A stretch of 64,000 nucleotides of DNA. Origin: an uncultured Clostridia bacterium (GTDB lineage: Bacteria > Bacillota > Clostridia > Oscillospirales > Acutalibacteraceae). The position numbers were made by a program, and so were the translations under genes. This document shows, in pieces, positions 27,484-37,947 of this stretch. Within the stretch, counting starts at the first letter, position 1. Each line of letters begins with the position of its first letter. The DNA is taken from positions 2,414 to 66,413 of the forward strand of contig CAMVEX010000016.1 in the NCBI GenBank assembly GCA_947166625.1, read 5' to 3'. Under the pieces are notes generated by a model that saw nothing but the letters and a program-made list of their open reading frames with translations, was not told the DNA's origin and searched no databases.

Positions 27484-27999
27484 TCAGCCGTTTCCGCCTG
27501 CGATGAATCTTTCAAAAGAAGCTTTTACCGAATCCGCCCTGTCCGCGACTATAAGAGCGGCGTAAATTCCGCTCACCGCCACCTTCGCGCCCTCAAGCTT
27601 CGGCAGCTCCTCGGGGCAATAGGTCCTGTAGAGCGATTTTCTGTATTCGAGATGCTTTTCGAGCGAGGCCTTCGCCTGCGCGGCATACCGCTCATCCTTA
27701 ACGGCTATCACCGCGAGCTCGTCTGCGTTTTTGCTGCCATCCGAGGCAAAATACATAAAGAATGAATCGACCTTTGAATAATCGAAATCGGAGAGATAAT
27801 CGAATTTTTCTTCGGCGTCGGAATCCGCAGAGCTCACATAGGTCATATCTCCGAAGCCGGCACCTTCGCTCATCGCCTCCCTCAGATCATACATACTCAC
27901 CGTATCGCGCGATGTACCCGCCGAGCAGGCGGAAAGAATTATCGCCGCGATAAGGATAAGGGCGGGAATAACAGATGTTTTTTTCATCATCCACCTCAA
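27484..27999 (-). CDS. Lipoprotein, DUF4358-like
   Basis: A signal peptide with lipobox LSAC is present. The likely start is MKKTS near 27987. Domain assignment is by resemblance only. Confidence 0.5.
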   Translation of the reverse strand: MRWMMKKTSVIPALILIAAIILSACSAGTSRDTVSMYDLREAMSEGAGFGDMTYVSSADSDAEEKFDYLSDFDYSKVDSFFMYFASDGSKNADELAVIAVKDERYAAQAKASLEKHLEYRKSLYRTYCPEELPKLEGAKVAVSGIYAALIVADRADSVKASFERFIAGGNG

Positions 28000-29102
28000 T
28001 AACCGCAGGAATATCCGCCGTTACCGCCGTTATCGCCGTTATCGCCGTAATCCACAAAATCCTCGGGCTGAATATCGGGGAAAAATTCCGCTATGGCTTC
28101 ATCGGCGGCGTTTTGCTCATCATCGCTGAGCTCCAAATCATCCCCGTTATTGCTTCTGAATACGCAGAGGATATAATCGCCGTGCGAATCCTTCACCCAC
28201 TGATATTCCAGATAAAAGCCGTTCGTATCATCCCACGAGATCGAATTGATTATGGTTTCGACTATATAGCGCGCGCTGCGCTCATCCTCCTCTTTGATCC
28301 CGTCTTTGAATTTACAGCTGAATGATTCGGTCTCTTTATCAATATTATCCTTGAGCCAGCCGGGGATGGCATAAATATCCTTGATTTCCTTCGCGCCGGT
28401 GATCATCGGATTGAATTCGGTGCCGTTTGCCGCGGGGAAGAAATCCCTGTTCCATTCGTGGCTCTCGGCAAACATTTCATCCGTCGCGTTGAAATTGCGG
28501 TTGTTGCCCGTCTCGGCGTCCATGTAGCAATCGACATGGTACCATTCGTCTTTGAGCTTCACAAGATCCCAGGTATGGGTGAGGTCGGTCGAATGGACCA
28601 CCTTGCATTCGATGCCGAGCATCTGCATAAACATGCGGAAGGTCGTGGCATAGCCGACGCAGACCGCGGTATGATTTTTGAGAGTGCCGTAGGGATTGTC
28701 CGAATCCGCGGATGAATTGGGTATAACCGTCAGCAGACCCGTGTCATTCTTCATCTTTGATGTGAGATACTTATATATCGCGTATTCCTTTTTATACGCG
28801 TTCATATCGCTGTTTATCTCGGAGGCGATGACCTTCTTTGCCATTTCGAGAGTTTCCTTCTCTCTGTCGTCAAGCTTTGAGGTGTCTTCATTCCTGTAAG
28901 CGTCCGAAATTTTGAGAGTGGATTCTATCTTATATTCATTCGCTATCGTCACGCCGTCCTCGCGGTTTACATCATCGGCCTCTCCGCTCTGCTCAAGGAG
29001 CTTCTTCTGACCGAAATAGTTTACAAAACCCATTGCCGCCGATAAAATCACGAGGATCGCCATCAGCGCGCAAAATGCTTTGAAGCCTTTGCCTGTTTTC
29101 AT
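27996..29102 (-). CDS. Transglutaminase-like cysteine protease domain protein, membrane-anchored
   Basis: An N-terminal TM segment, the core motif HTAVCVGYATTF and the HVDCYMD region are present. The C-terminal tail is a DNG repeat. Confidence 0.7.
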   Translation of the reverse strand: MKTGKGFKAFCALMAILVILSAAMGFVNYFGQKKLLEQSGEADDVNREDGVTIANEYKIESTLKISDAYRNEDTSKLDDREKETLEMAKKVIASEINSDMNAYKKEYAIYKYLTSKMKNDTGLLTVIPNSSADSDNPYGTLKNHTAVCVGYATTFRMFMQMLGIECKVVHSTDLTHTWDLVKLKDEWYHVDCYMDAETGNNRNFNATDEMFAESHEWNRDFFPAANGTEFNPMITGAKEIKDIYAIPGWLKDNIDKETESFSCKFKDGIKEEDERSARYIVETIINSISWDDTNGFYLEYQWVKDSHGDYILCVFRSNNGDDLELSDDEQNAADEAIAEFFPDIQPEDFVDYGDNGDNGGNGGYSCGY

Positions 29103-29218
29103 TTGATTATACCACCTTACAAAAAATAACGCCCTGCGGCGCCCTATAACTATACCACTTTAAAAGTTAAAGTCAACCGATTCGGCAAATGTTTACATTT
29201 CGTTTACTATCTGCACCC

Positions 29219-29247
29219 TTGCAATATTTTTACTCGTTTGATATAAT
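29219..29247 (+). promoter_or_regulatory. Putative sigma-A promoter of the mntR-like operon
   Basis: TTGCAA (29219-29224), a 17-nt spacer, then TATAAT (29242-29247). Confidence 0.55.
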
Positions 29248-29268
29248 AAAAATGTTGAGGTGATCTTA

Positions 29269-29637
29269 ATGAAAGAATCGGGAGAAATGTATCTCGAAAA
29301 TATTCTCAGACTCAGCCGCAAGCTCGAAAAGGTGAGGGCGATAGACGTAGCGGAAACGATGAATTTCTCAAAGCCGTCGGTAAGCCGCGCCCTCTCGATA
29401 CTCAAAAAGGATAACTGCCTTGTCGTTGACTCGGACGGTCAGATAGTCCTCACGGAAAAGGGCAGGTCTATCGCCGAAAAAATATATGAGCGCCATGTCG
29501 TGCTGACCGATATTCTCAAAAAAATCGGCGTGAGCGAAGAAACCGCCGAGGATGACGCCTGCAAGATAGAGCATTATCTCAGCGACGAAACCTTTGAGAA
29601 AATAACCGAATGCTGCGCGAAATTCAGCGGTGAATAA
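29269..29637 (+). CDS. DtxR/MntR-family metal-dependent transcriptional regulator
   Basis: MKESGEMYLENILRL, a winged HTH (KPSVSRAL) and the dimerisation helix are present. The ATG at 29269 follows GAGGTGA. Confidence 0.8.
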   Translation: MKESGEMYLENILRLSRKLEKVRAIDVAETMNFSKPSVSRALSILKKDNCLVVDSDGQIVLTEKGRSIAEKIYERHVVLTDILKKIGVSEETAEDDACKIEHYLSDETFEKITECCAKFSGE

Positions 29638-30011
29638 TGATGAAAAAAAGAATTATTGCATATAAAAACAGGATCGACGCCTGCCTTTCGGGCGAAATCG
29701 AGGTTGACGATTGGGAGGCTCTGCTCAAAGAGCATCTCACGCAGATCGCCTTTTTTCAGCATGAGAGGCTGATACATCTGCTCGTCACGATCCTTTTTGC
29801 CGCGGCGGCGATAGCCGTAATGCTCGTTACCGTTGTCACAGCGTATCTGCCGCTCACGGCGGTATTCGCTCTGCTTCTCATCCTGCTCGTGCCGTATATC
29901 AAGCATTATTATCTGCTTGAGAATAAGACCCAGGAAATGTATGAGCAATATGATGAAATCCTCAAAAAGATAAGACCGGCGGGTAAAAATGATGAAAACC
30001 GAGATAATTGA
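29637..30011 (+). CDS. Hypothetical membrane protein
   Basis: A 124-aa ORF with two predicted TM helices in the centre. It is translationally coupled on both sides. Confidence 0.5.
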   Translation: MMKKRIIAYKNRIDACLSGEIEVDDWEALLKEHLTQIAFFQHERLIHLLVTILFAAAAIAVMLVTVVTAYLPLTAVFALLLILLVPYIKHYYLLENKTQEMYEQYDEILKKIRPAGKNDENRDN

Positions 30012-31026
30012 TATAAATTCGGCCGGGGAATTCGATTCCTTCGTTGAAAAACATCCGAACGGCCACTTCATGCAATCCTCCCTCTGGGGCAGGGTCAAGG
30101 ATGATTGGGGCTGGTTCGGCATAATCTGCCGCGCCGACAGCGGCGAAATAAAGGGAGCTATGGCGGTGCTGATCCGCAAGATTTCAAAGCTCCCTTATCG
30201 TATGCTTTACGCCCCGAGAGGGCCCGTCTGCGACCTTCACGATAAAGAAACTTTTGACTGCCTTATTGAAGCGGCAAAAAGCGAGGGCAAAAAATACAAC
30301 GCCTACGCCCTCAAAATAGATAAAGACGCCGATACGAATGACGAAGAATACCGCGGGATCGTTACCTCCGCCGGCTTTAAGATAAACCCCGTCACGGACG
30401 CCTTCAAAGGCTTTCAGTGCGCAAGGGTGATACGCATCGACCTTGAGGGAAAGAGCGAGGATGAGGTATTCGCCTCGTTTGATTCGGGCCACCGCCGCAA
30501 GGTCAGAGTAGCGCTCAAAAACAATGTTGAGATCGGGATATACGGCAGCGAAAAGGCGGAGCTTTTTTATGATATGATGAAAGAGACGACCGAGCGAGAC
30601 GGCTTCGAGCTTCGCTCCGCGGCATATTTCGCCAAGATCCTCGATTCCTTCGGCGACAGGGCGCGCCTCTATATAGCGTATTACACTCCCGAGGGCGGCG
30701 AAAAAACCGCCATAGCCGGGGCGATCTCTCTCGTTTACGGCGACAAGCTGTGGTATTTTTACGGCGCTTCGAGAAACATCCACAGAAACGTTATGCCCAA
30801 TTATCTGCTCCAATGGGAAATGATAAAATGGGCGATAGAATGCGGCTGCCGCATCTATGATTTCAGAGGCGTCACCAGGTTTGACGAGGATGACGGTCTC
30901 TATCGCTTCAAGATGAAATTCGGCGCCTACAAAGAGGAGTTTATGGGCGAAATGGAGCTTGTGCTCAAGCCCGCCGCGGCGCTGATAGTCGATAAGACCC
31001 AGGAACTGATCAAAAAAATGAGGTGA
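29989..31026 (+). CDS. FemAB-family peptidoglycan interpeptide-bridge aminoacyltransferase
   Basis: N-terminal HFMQSSLWGRVK, the YAPRGPV motif and the C-terminal region YDFRG...RFK are present. Confidence 0.8.
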   Translation: MMKTEIIDINSAGEFDSFVEKHPNGHFMQSSLWGRVKDDWGWFGIICRADSGEIKGAMAVLIRKISKLPYRMLYAPRGPVCDLHDKETFDCLIEAAKSEGKKYNAYALKIDKDADTNDEEYRGIVTSAGFKINPVTDAFKGFQCARVIRIDLEGKSEDEVFASFDSGHRRKVRVALKNNVEIGIYGSEKAELFYDMMKETTERDGFELRSAAYFAKILDSFGDRARLYIAYYTPEGGEKTAIAGAISLVYGDKLWYFYGASRNIHRNVMPNYLLQWEMIKWAIECGCRIYDFRGVTRFDEDDGLYRFKMKFGAYKEEFMGEMELVLKPAAALIVDKTQELIKKMR

Positions 31027-31030
31027 ATTT

Positions 31031-31474
31031 ATGGAGCCCCTTAAAATAAAAAAACTCAGAGAAAACGCAAAAATTCCCGTCAGGGCGACCCCCGGCTCCG
31101 CGGGGATGGATCTCTGCGCCTGCATTGATTCTCCGCTCACTCTGGGCGGCGGCGAAAAAGCCCTGATCCCCACGGGGATAGCCATTGCCCTGCCCTCGCC
31201 TGAGCTCGGCGCATTCGTCTTTGCCCGCAGCGGGCTCGCGATAAAGCACGGTATCGGCCTGCTCAACGGGGTCGGCGTGATAGACAGCGACTACAGAGGC
31301 GAGGTCTGCGTCGGGGTCATAAATCAGCTCTCAGAGCCTTACACGATAGAGCCCGGCGAGAGGATCGCCCAGCTTGTGATAATGCCCGTGTCGCTCATAC
31401 CTCCCGTCGAGGCGATCGAGCTTGACGAAACGGAAAGGGGAGCCGGCGGCTTCGGCTCAACGGGTAAAAGCTGA
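31031..31474 (+). CDS. dut: dUTP diphosphatase
   Basis: The motifs GSAGMDL, GVIDSDYRGEV and C-terminal RGAGGFGSTG are present. Confidence 0.92.
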   Translation: MEPLKIKKLRENAKIPVRATPGSAGMDLCACIDSPLTLGGGEKALIPTGIAIALPSPELGAFVFARSGLAIKHGIGLLNGVGVIDSDYRGEVCVGVINQLSEPYTIEPGERIAQLVIMPVSLIPPVEAIELDETERGAGGFGSTGKS

Positions 31475-32388
31475 TGAAAAAACTTATCTCCGTAATTCTC
31501 TGCGCCGCTTTGATTTTCGGCGCATATTCCTTCTCCTGCTTCGCCGCAGGAGATTACAAGCCGTATGAAAACAGCGAATATTTCACTTACGGCGATTACG
31601 AAATACATTACCGCGTGTTCCCCGCGAAGGGCGAAAGGCTCGGCAGGATAATGCTTCTTCACGGCTTCGTCTGCTCCACCTTCTCCTGGAGAAACATGGC
31701 GGAAAAACTGACCGAGGGCGGCTGGGAATGCGTCGCGGTCGATCTGCCCGATTTCGGCTATTCCACCCGTGAGACCCCGGATATGAAAATAATCCCGAGG
31801 GAGGATATCATCATCGCCCTGATGGAGCGTCTCGGCGGCGATGAAAAATGGGTCCTCGCCGGCCACTCGATGGGCGGAGGAGTCGCCGTAAACATTGCGG
31901 AAAAGGTCGATCTCAAAGCGCTTCTGCTCTATTGCCCCTGCCCGCAGGATGAATTCCCCGCGGCGGCCGAAAAAATCGTGAGATCAGCTCCGATGAAGGC
32001 TTTTATGAATGCGTTTTTCAAATACGGCACCCGCCTGACCCCGCTCGTGCGCCTGATAATCTGGGCGGCGACAAACAACCCGAAATTCGCCCTTGAATAC
32101 GATACGGCAGGAGTTACCGCCCCGGTACAGTATGACGGCTTCGGCGCAGGTATGTGCGAAATGATGTATAATGTTTTGCCCACCGATCTCGAAAACGCCG
32201 GCAAGATCACCTGCCCCGTCCTGCTCTGTCAGGCTCAGAAGGATATAATTCTCAATTCATCGCAAAAATCAAGGATGAATGACGCCTTCCCCGAGGCGGA
32301 GAAACACACCCTCAGCGGCGCCGGTCATCAGATGATCGAAGACAGAGCCGATGAACTCTCTGAGCTCACACTTGGATTTCTCAAATAA
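31474..32388 (+). CDS. Secreted alpha/beta hydrolase
   Basis: A signal peptide, HGF, the nucleophile elbow GHSMGG and a C-terminal GHQ are present. Confidence 0.75.
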   Translation: MKKLISVILCAALIFGAYSFSCFAAGDYKPYENSEYFTYGDYEIHYRVFPAKGERLGRIMLLHGFVCSTFSWRNMAEKLTEGGWECVAVDLPDFGYSTRETPDMKIIPREDIIIALMERLGGDEKWVLAGHSMGGGVAVNIAEKVDLKALLLYCPCPQDEFPAAAEKIVRSAPMKAFMNAFFKYGTRLTPLVRLIIWAATNNPKFALEYDTAGVTAPVQYDGFGAGMCEMMYNVLPTDLENAGKITCPVLLCQAQKDIILNSSQKSRMNDAFPEAEKHTLSGAGHQMIEDRADELSELTLGFLK

Positions 32389-32397
32389 ATAACAATA

Positions 32398-32440
32398 TAA
32401 AAACCTGCGGGTCGTTTTGACTCCGCAGGTCGTTTTTTAT
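32398..32440. terminator. Bidirectional terminator
   Basis: Stem ACCTGCGG (32403-32410) pairs with CCGCAGGT (32423-32430), followed by a T-run at 32433-32438. It lies between convergent genes. Confidence 0.7.
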
Positions 32441-32444
32441 CGGC

Positions 32445-33326
32445 TTATGCCGCCTTCTGGCTGCTTGTTGCAGGTTTGGTCGTTGTCGTCTTGGTCGTGG
32501 GCTCCGGTATGGGGGCGTCCGCGGAGAATTTCGCATTGTCTATCCTTGCGATGAATCCGCCGGCGTCGGCTTTTATGATGTTATATCCCACATACATCGC
32601 GCCCTCGATAAAGAATATATTCTCAGCCTCGTTTTCATAATCCGGCAAAACGGCGTAGCCCTGCGGATTCCCTTTCAAATCATATCTGAATATGATGTTC
32701 GGATTGTAAAAGAGCGAGTAGAGATATTCCCCGTCGCTCCCGAGGCTCTGGCGGGTGTAGTTGTTTTCCGGGTTATCAATAACTCCGAGCTCCTTGAAAT
32801 TCTCATCAAATCTAACAATATCGCAGGAGTTTGAAATGCCCGCGTACCAGCATTTTTCGGAGCCGACATAGACTATAGAATAGATCTTGCGGCTGATCGT
32901 CTTGGTGCCCCTGACCGTCAGATTTGAGGGATCGACAAAGGTTATCGTGGTAAAATTCGGCTTATTGTTGCTCACGACAAGCAGATTATTCGCCTCATCA
33001 TAGGTCATATCGTTGGCGTGATCCATCTTAAGCTCCTCGGATGCTTCGGTCACCTTCCAATTCTGAATATCGATCTTGACCAGGCGGCACGGCACACCGC
33101 TCTGCGCGTCGGGATCGATCAGGATCTGATAGACAAAACGTCCGTCCGTACAGCCGCCCTCAACGGTGCGTATGCTGCCGAAAGGCTCAATGACGGCAAC
33201 CGTCGTCTGAGAAATTTTGGGCTCCTCGGGCTTCGGCGTCATAATTCCAAGCGCCACCAGGATCGCCGTGAATACCGCCGCGATGTTTTTGAAAAATGCG
33301 GCAATGACTTCAAAAAAGTTTTCCAA
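32445..33326 (-). CDS. Hypothetical membrane-anchored extracytoplasmic protein
   Basis: A 293-aa ORF with an N-terminal TM segment and a Thr/Pro-rich C-terminal tail. I recognise no motif. Confidence 0.5.
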   Translation of the reverse strand: MENFFEVIAAFFKNIAAVFTAILVALGIMTPKPEEPKISQTTVAVIEPFGSIRTVEGGCTDGRFVYQILIDPDAQSGVPCRLVKIDIQNWKVTEASEELKMDHANDMTYDEANNLLVVSNNKPNFTTITFVDPSNLTVRGTKTISRKIYSIVYVGSEKCWYAGISNSCDIVRFDENFKELGVIDNPENNYTRQSLGSDGEYLYSLFYNPNIIFRYDLKGNPQGYAVLPDYENEAENIFFIEGAMYVGYNIIKADAGGFIARIDNAKFSADAPIPEPTTKTTTTKPATSSQKAA

Positions 33327-33439
33327 AATATTGTCCCCGTTTCCGTGCGCCGTTTAGAGGCTGTTCCGCGGCCCCGCGCACAATTAAACTTGATTATACA
33401 TCATCAAACCGTCATTGTCTTTAATAAACTGTTAATTTT

Positions 33440-34465
33440 TATTTTCATTTGCACCCACTACCGAGCGGATAAGGGTAATATGCCTCATCCCTAAAATGAG
33501 CGGTTATTTTGAGCGTGTATTTCTATATACTCCCGCTAACGATTGCAGAAGATAAATGTACCTCATCCCGTTTATTCGCTTGCACCTTTTACTGATTAAA
33601 TAGGGGCAGTGTAATTCATCCTGTGGGTGAGTAATAATTCATAGTGTGTATTTTCAAGGATATGCGGAGCATTAGCCCTCTCCGAGACCGGAGAGGGTGG
33701 ATTGCGAGCATAGCGAGCAAGACGGGTGTGGCGATATTTATACACACCCGCTACCGAATAGATAAGGGTAATGTGATTCATCCCATTTATTCGATTACAC
33801 CTCTTACTGATGAGTTAAGGGCAATGAGCCTCATCCCGAGGATAAGCGTTGGTTTTAGTATGTTTTTCTATGTACTCCCGTCAGCGATTGCGTCAGGGTA
33901 TTGTGATTCATCCCGTTGATGAAATTCAAATTTTTACTTTGTAGATTTGTTTATTTACAAGACTTTGACACCGTAGGGGCGGATATCATCCGCCCGCCAT
34001 AAGGATATGCGGAGCATTGGCCCTCTCCGAGACCAGAGAGGGTGCCCCAAAGGGGCGGGTGTGGCGATTTTTATTTACTCCTGTTACCGATTGGATAAGG
34101 GCAGTATGCCTCATCCCGGGAACGAGCAACAACTTGCAATGTGCATTTAATTACTCCCCTTACCGATCGGGTAAGGGTAATGTGCCTCATCCCGAGGATG
34201 AGTAATTATTTATAGTATGCAAATTACTGATCACATAGTTAATGAGTCTCTCTCCGTAGCCCTCTCCGAGACCGGAGAGGGTGCCCCGAAGGGGCGGGTG
34301 TGGCGATATAATCGGAGCGAAGCGGCCCATAATTGCTGATTGTACATTGCTGATTGCTGATTTTTTTATGCTCCGCATATCCTTGAAATGCACATTTTAA
34401 ACAATAACTCATCCTCGGGATGCGATACATTCCCCTTATTCGCTCGTTAGCGGGTGTAAATGAAA
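33440..34465 (+). repeat. Repeat cluster R3: eight plus-strand E units, one inverted E unit, one hairpin A, three B hairpins, a D segment with a heptamer tract
   Basis: E units start near 33451, 33524, 33579, 33741, 33793, 33868, 34068 and 34148, with an inverted one at 34395-34465. Hairpin A is at 33973-33998. Hairpin B is at 33676-33697, 34021-34042 and 34260-34281. The heptamer tract is at 34331-34365. Confidence 0.88.
33973..33998 (+). repeat. Hairpin A copy 5
   Basis: GGGCGGAT atc ATCCGCCC at 33977-33995. Confidence 0.9.
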
Positions 34466-34506
34466 ACGGGTATATATGAAACACAGGTAAATTTTAATCT
34501 TTATAC

Positions 34507-34535
34507 TTGATACTTGTGTGCTTTTAATATATACT
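34507..34535 (+). promoter_or_regulatory. Putative sigma-A promoter of gltX-glnS
   Basis: TTGATA (34507-34512), a 17-nt spacer, then TATACT (34530-34535). Confidence 0.45.
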
Positions 34536-34613
34536 ATACTATGTGTAATTATACTATGTAAAACTTCGGTCGGGGGCGCGGTGCGTTCCGGCCAGTTGAG
34601 AAGGAGATTCATT

Positions 34614-36284
34614 TTGGATAATTCAGCGTTTCACACCGAGCTTGCGGAGCTTCTGTTTCCGCATATTGACAAAACCCCGGAATACTATGAGGAGATGTAT
34701 CCCGCGCGCGAGCTGCCCGAGGGCGCGAGGGTGACCCGTTTTGCCCCTTCGCCGACCGGCTATCTGCATATCGGCGGGCTTTTCGGAGCGCTTGTGGATG
34801 TGCTCACGGCTAAGGTTTCCGGCGGCATATCGTATCTGAGAATTGAAGACACCGATAAAAAGCGCGAGATCGACGACGGCGTTTCAGCCATAACAAACGG
34901 TATGAAGGCGTTCGGCGTGGAATTTGACGAGGGGATCACGGGCTTCGGCACCGAAAAAGGGAATTACGGGCCCTACACGCAGAGCCGGAGGGCGGAGATA
35001 TATCAGACCGTCGCGAAATCCCTTGTTGAGAAAGGGCTCGCTTATCCCTGCTTCTGCACCGCGGACGAGCTTTCCGCCCTGCGCGAAAAACAGGAGGCGG
35101 ACGGCGCGGCGATAACCGGCTATTTCGGCAAATACGCCAAATGCAGAGATCTCACTCTTGACGAGATCAAGGCGAATCTTGCAGCCGGCAAGCCCTGGGT
35201 GCTCCGCTTCCGCTCAGACGGCAGCGAAGACAGGAGGATAATGTTTGATGATATGATAAGGGGCAAGATCGAAATGCCCGAGAATATCATAGACGAGGTG
35301 CTGCTCAAATCGGACGGTATCCCGACCTATCATTTCGCCCACTGCTGCGACGATCACTATATGCGTACCACTCACGTTATCAGGGGCGAGGAATGGATCT
35401 CATCCGTCCCGAAGCATATAGCCCTCTTTAAGGCGTGCGGCTTCAAGGTGCCCAAATACGCCCACACTCCGCAGGTCTTGAAATTCGATGACGAAACGGG
35501 CGACAAGCGCAAGCTCTCAAAGAGGAAGGATCCCGAGGCGGCGGTCAGCTATTTCACGGTCGAGGGCTTCCCAAAAGAGAGCCTCATAGAATATCTGCTC
35601 ACCATCATAAGCTCGGGCTTTGAGGATTGGCGCAGGGCAAATCCCGGTGTCCCCGCTATGGATTACCCGTTCAACCTCAAAAAGATGAGCTCAAGCGGCT
35701 GCCTTTTTGATCTGGTGAAGCTCAACGATGTGAGCAAAAACGTGATTTCGATAATGAACGCGGAGACCGTCTATGAGAGGGTGAGCGAATGGGCGAAGGA
35801 ATTTGACGGCGAATTTTACAAAATCCTCACCGCAGACCCCGAAAGATCAAAGGCGATCCTCAATATAGACCGCGAAAACCCGAAGCCGCGCAAGGATATA
35901 GCAAAATGGGGCGAGGTCAGGGATTATATCTCATATTTCTTCAATGAATATTATGTGAGCGATTATACTCTGCCCGAAAATATCGCGCCCGCCGACGCTA
36001 AGGCGATACTCACGAAATATGCGGAGATCTTCTCGCTCGATGATGATAAAGATACCTGGTTCAATAAGATCAAGGATATGTGCGCTCCGCTCGGCTTCAC
36101 CCCGAATGTGAAAGAATTCAAGCAAAATCCCGAAGCCTTCAAGGGGCATGTGGGCGATGTGTCAAGCGTGATAAGGATTGCGCTGACCTCGCGCAGAAAC
36201 ACTCCCGACCTCTGGTCGATAATGCGCCTTCTGGGCGAAGATGAAATCAAGCGCCGCCTCTCCGACGCCTGCGAAAGGATATGA
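34614..36284 (+). CDS. gltX: Glutamate-tRNA ligase
   Basis: The HIGH region is [14 protein letters not shown] and the KMSKS-like motif is KLSKRK. The TTG at 34614 lies 8 nt after AAGGAG. The track start at 34518 has no RBS. Confidence 0.88.
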   Translation: MDNSAFHTELAELLFPHIDKTPEYYEEMYPARELPEGARVTRFAPSPTGYLHIGGLFGALVDVLTAKVSGGISYLRIEDTDKKREIDDGVSAITNGMKAFGVEFDEGITGFGTEKGNYGPYTQSRRAEIYQTVAKSLVEKGLAYPCFCTADELSALREKQEADGAAITGYFGKYAKCRDLTLDEIKANLAAGKPWVLRFRSDGSEDRRIMFDDMIRGKIEMPENIIDEVLLKSDGIPTYHFAHCCDDHYMRTTHVIRGEEWISSVPKHIALFKACGFKVPKYAHTPQVLKFDDETGDKRKLSKRKDPEAAVSYFTVEGFPKESLIEYLLTIISSGFEDWRRANPGVPAMDYPFNLKKMSSSGCLFDLVKLNDVSKNVISIMNAETVYERVSEWAKEFDGEFYKILTADPERSKAILNIDRENPKPRKDIAKWGEVRDYISYFFNEYYVSDYTLPENIAPADAKAILTKYAEIFSLDDDKDTWFNKIKDMCAPLGFTPNVKEFKQNPEAFKGHVGDVSSVIRIALTSRRNTPDLWSIMRLLGEDEIKRRLSDACERI

Positions 36285-37927
36285 TGACAATGGAAGAATT
36301 AAACACAAGCTCAAATTTCATTCACGATTTTATTGATGAAGACCTTGCGGCAGGCAGGAATACGAGAGTTCAGACGAGATTTCCCCCGGAGCCGAACGGC
36401 TACCTTCATATAGGCCATGCGAAGGCTATCTGCATTGATTTCAGCACTGCGGAGAAATACGGCGGCGAATGCAACCTGCGCCTCGACGACACCAACCCTT
36501 CAAAAGAGGATGTGGAATATGTTGACGCCATCAAGGAGGATATCGAGTGGCTCGGCTACAAATGGAATAAATGCCTCTACGCCTCAAGCTATTTTGATTT
36601 CATCTATGAATGCGCGATAAAGCTCATCAAGGCGGGCAAGGCATACGTCTGCGATCTGAGCGCCGATGAGATAAGGGAATACAGAGGCACTCTCACCGAG
36701 CCCGGCAAAAACAGCCCGTACAGGGACCGCTCCGTTGAAGAGAATCTCGACCTCTTTGAGAGGATGACAAAGGGCGAATTCAAAGACGGCGAAAAGACCC
36801 TCAGAGCCAAAATAGATATGGCTTCGCCCAATATAAATATGCGCGACCCCGTAATTTACAGGATCGCCCATGTGACCCATCATCAGACGGGCGACAAATG
36901 GTGCGTTTATCCGATGTATGATTTTGCCCATCCGCTTTCGGATGCGAGAGAGGGCGTCACCTATTCGCTCTGCTCGCTCGAATTTGAAAATCACAGGCCC
37001 CTCTATGATTGGTTTATAAATGAGATCGGCTTTGAGGAGCCGCCCAGACAGATCGAATTCGCGCGCCTCAATATCAACTACTGCGTCACGAGCAAGAGAA
37101 AATGCCTCGATATGGTGCAGAGCGGCGTGGTCGATGGCTGGGATGATCCGAGGATGGTGACCCTCTGCGGAATGAGAAGAAGGGGCTACCCCGCCGCCGC
37201 GGTCAGGGATTTCATAAACAGAGTGGGCGTTTCAAAGGCTTACAGCGTGGTGGATTACGGCCTGCTTGAGGCTTGCGTGAGAGATAATCTCAATGCGAAT
37301 GCTCCCCGCGCGATGGCGGTGCTGAATCCTCTCAAGGTCATTATCGACAATTATCCCGAGGGAGTTACCGAGGATATCGAGGTCGAAAACAATCCCGATA
37401 AGCCCGAGCTCGGCAAGAGGATCGTTAAATTCTCCCGCGAGATCTATGTCGAGAGAGAGGATTTCATGGCGGAGCCCGTAAAGAAATATTTCCGCCTCTA
37501 CCCCGGCAACGAGGTGCGTCTCAAGGGCGCATACTACATAACCTGCGATTCCTACGAAACCGACGAAAACGGCGAGGTCACCTGCCTTCACTGCTCCTAT
37601 GATCCCGCGACAAAGGGCGGCGACTCCGCAGACGGGCGCAAGGTCAAGGGAACTCTCCACTGGGTCAGCGCGGCGGACTGCGTTAAATGCGAGATACGCC
37701 TTTACGACCGGCTCTTCAAGGCGGAAAACCCCGCCGGCGAAGAGGATCTCAACCCCGATTCGCTCAAAATCCTCGACGGATGTCTGCTTGAAGGGAGCCT
37801 TGCGGATTCAAAGCCCGGCGACACCTTCCAGTTTATGAGGCAGGGCTATTTCTGCGTCGATAAGAATTCGACCGCAGACAGGCTCGTATTTAACAGGACC
37901 GTCGATCTCAAATCCTCCTGGAAATAA
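36281..37927 (+). CDS. glnS: Glutamine-tRNA ligase
   Basis: [17 protein letters not shown], the VTSKRK-type motif and a GlnRS-type C-terminal anticodon-binding domain are present. The ORF overlaps gltX by 4 nt. Confidence 0.9.
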   Translation: MMTMEELNTSSNFIHDFIDEDLAAGRNTRVQTRFPPEPNGYLHIGHAKAICIDFSTAEKYGGECNLRLDDTNPSKEDVEYVDAIKEDIEWLGYKWNKCLYASSYFDFIYECAIKLIKAGKAYVCDLSADEIREYRGTLTEPGKNSPYRDRSVEENLDLFERMTKGEFKDGEKTLRAKIDMASPNINMRDPVIYRIAHVTHHQTGDKWCVYPMYDFAHPLSDAREGVTYSLCSLEFENHRPLYDWFINEIGFEEPPRQIEFARLNINYCVTSKRKCLDMVQSGVVDGWDDPRMVTLCGMRRRGYPAAAVRDFINRVGVSKAYSVVDYGLLEACVRDNLNANAPRAMAVLNPLKVIIDNYPEGVTEDIEVENNPDKPELGKRIVKFSREIYVEREDFMAEPVKKYFRLYPGNEVRLKGAYYITCDSYETDENGEVTCLHCSYDPATKGGDSADGRKVKGTLHWVSAADCVKCEIRLYDRLFKAENPAGEEDLNPDSLKILDGCLLEGSLADSKPGDTFQFMRQGYFCVDKNSTADRLVFNRTVDLKSSWK

Positions 37928-37947
37928 TCGGAAAGAAGGTAATTCAG

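Noticed and set aside
30184-31266. A 360-aa minus-strand ORF opposite the FemAB-family gene and dut. Similar long antisense ORFs lie at 15242-16057, 39668-40624, 41904-42986 and 59971-60840.
   Set aside because: All lie entirely within well-supported genes on the other strand and look like GC-driven open frames. None has a recognisable domain.
33440-34465. The possibility that the E-unit arrays are a degenerate CRISPR array.
   Set aside because: The units are only about 60-80% similar to each other, with irregular 55-80-bp spacing and no unique spacers between identical repeats. They are interleaved with other repeat modules, occur in both orientations within a cluster, and no cas genes are in the window.
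34518-34613. The N-terminal extension of gltX, and the possibility of a T-box leader upstream.
   Set aside because: The extension begins inside the predicted promoter and has no RBS, whereas the TTG at 34614 is preceded by AAGGAG. The roughly 80-nt UTR is too short for a T-box, and I saw no specifier or T-box sequence.
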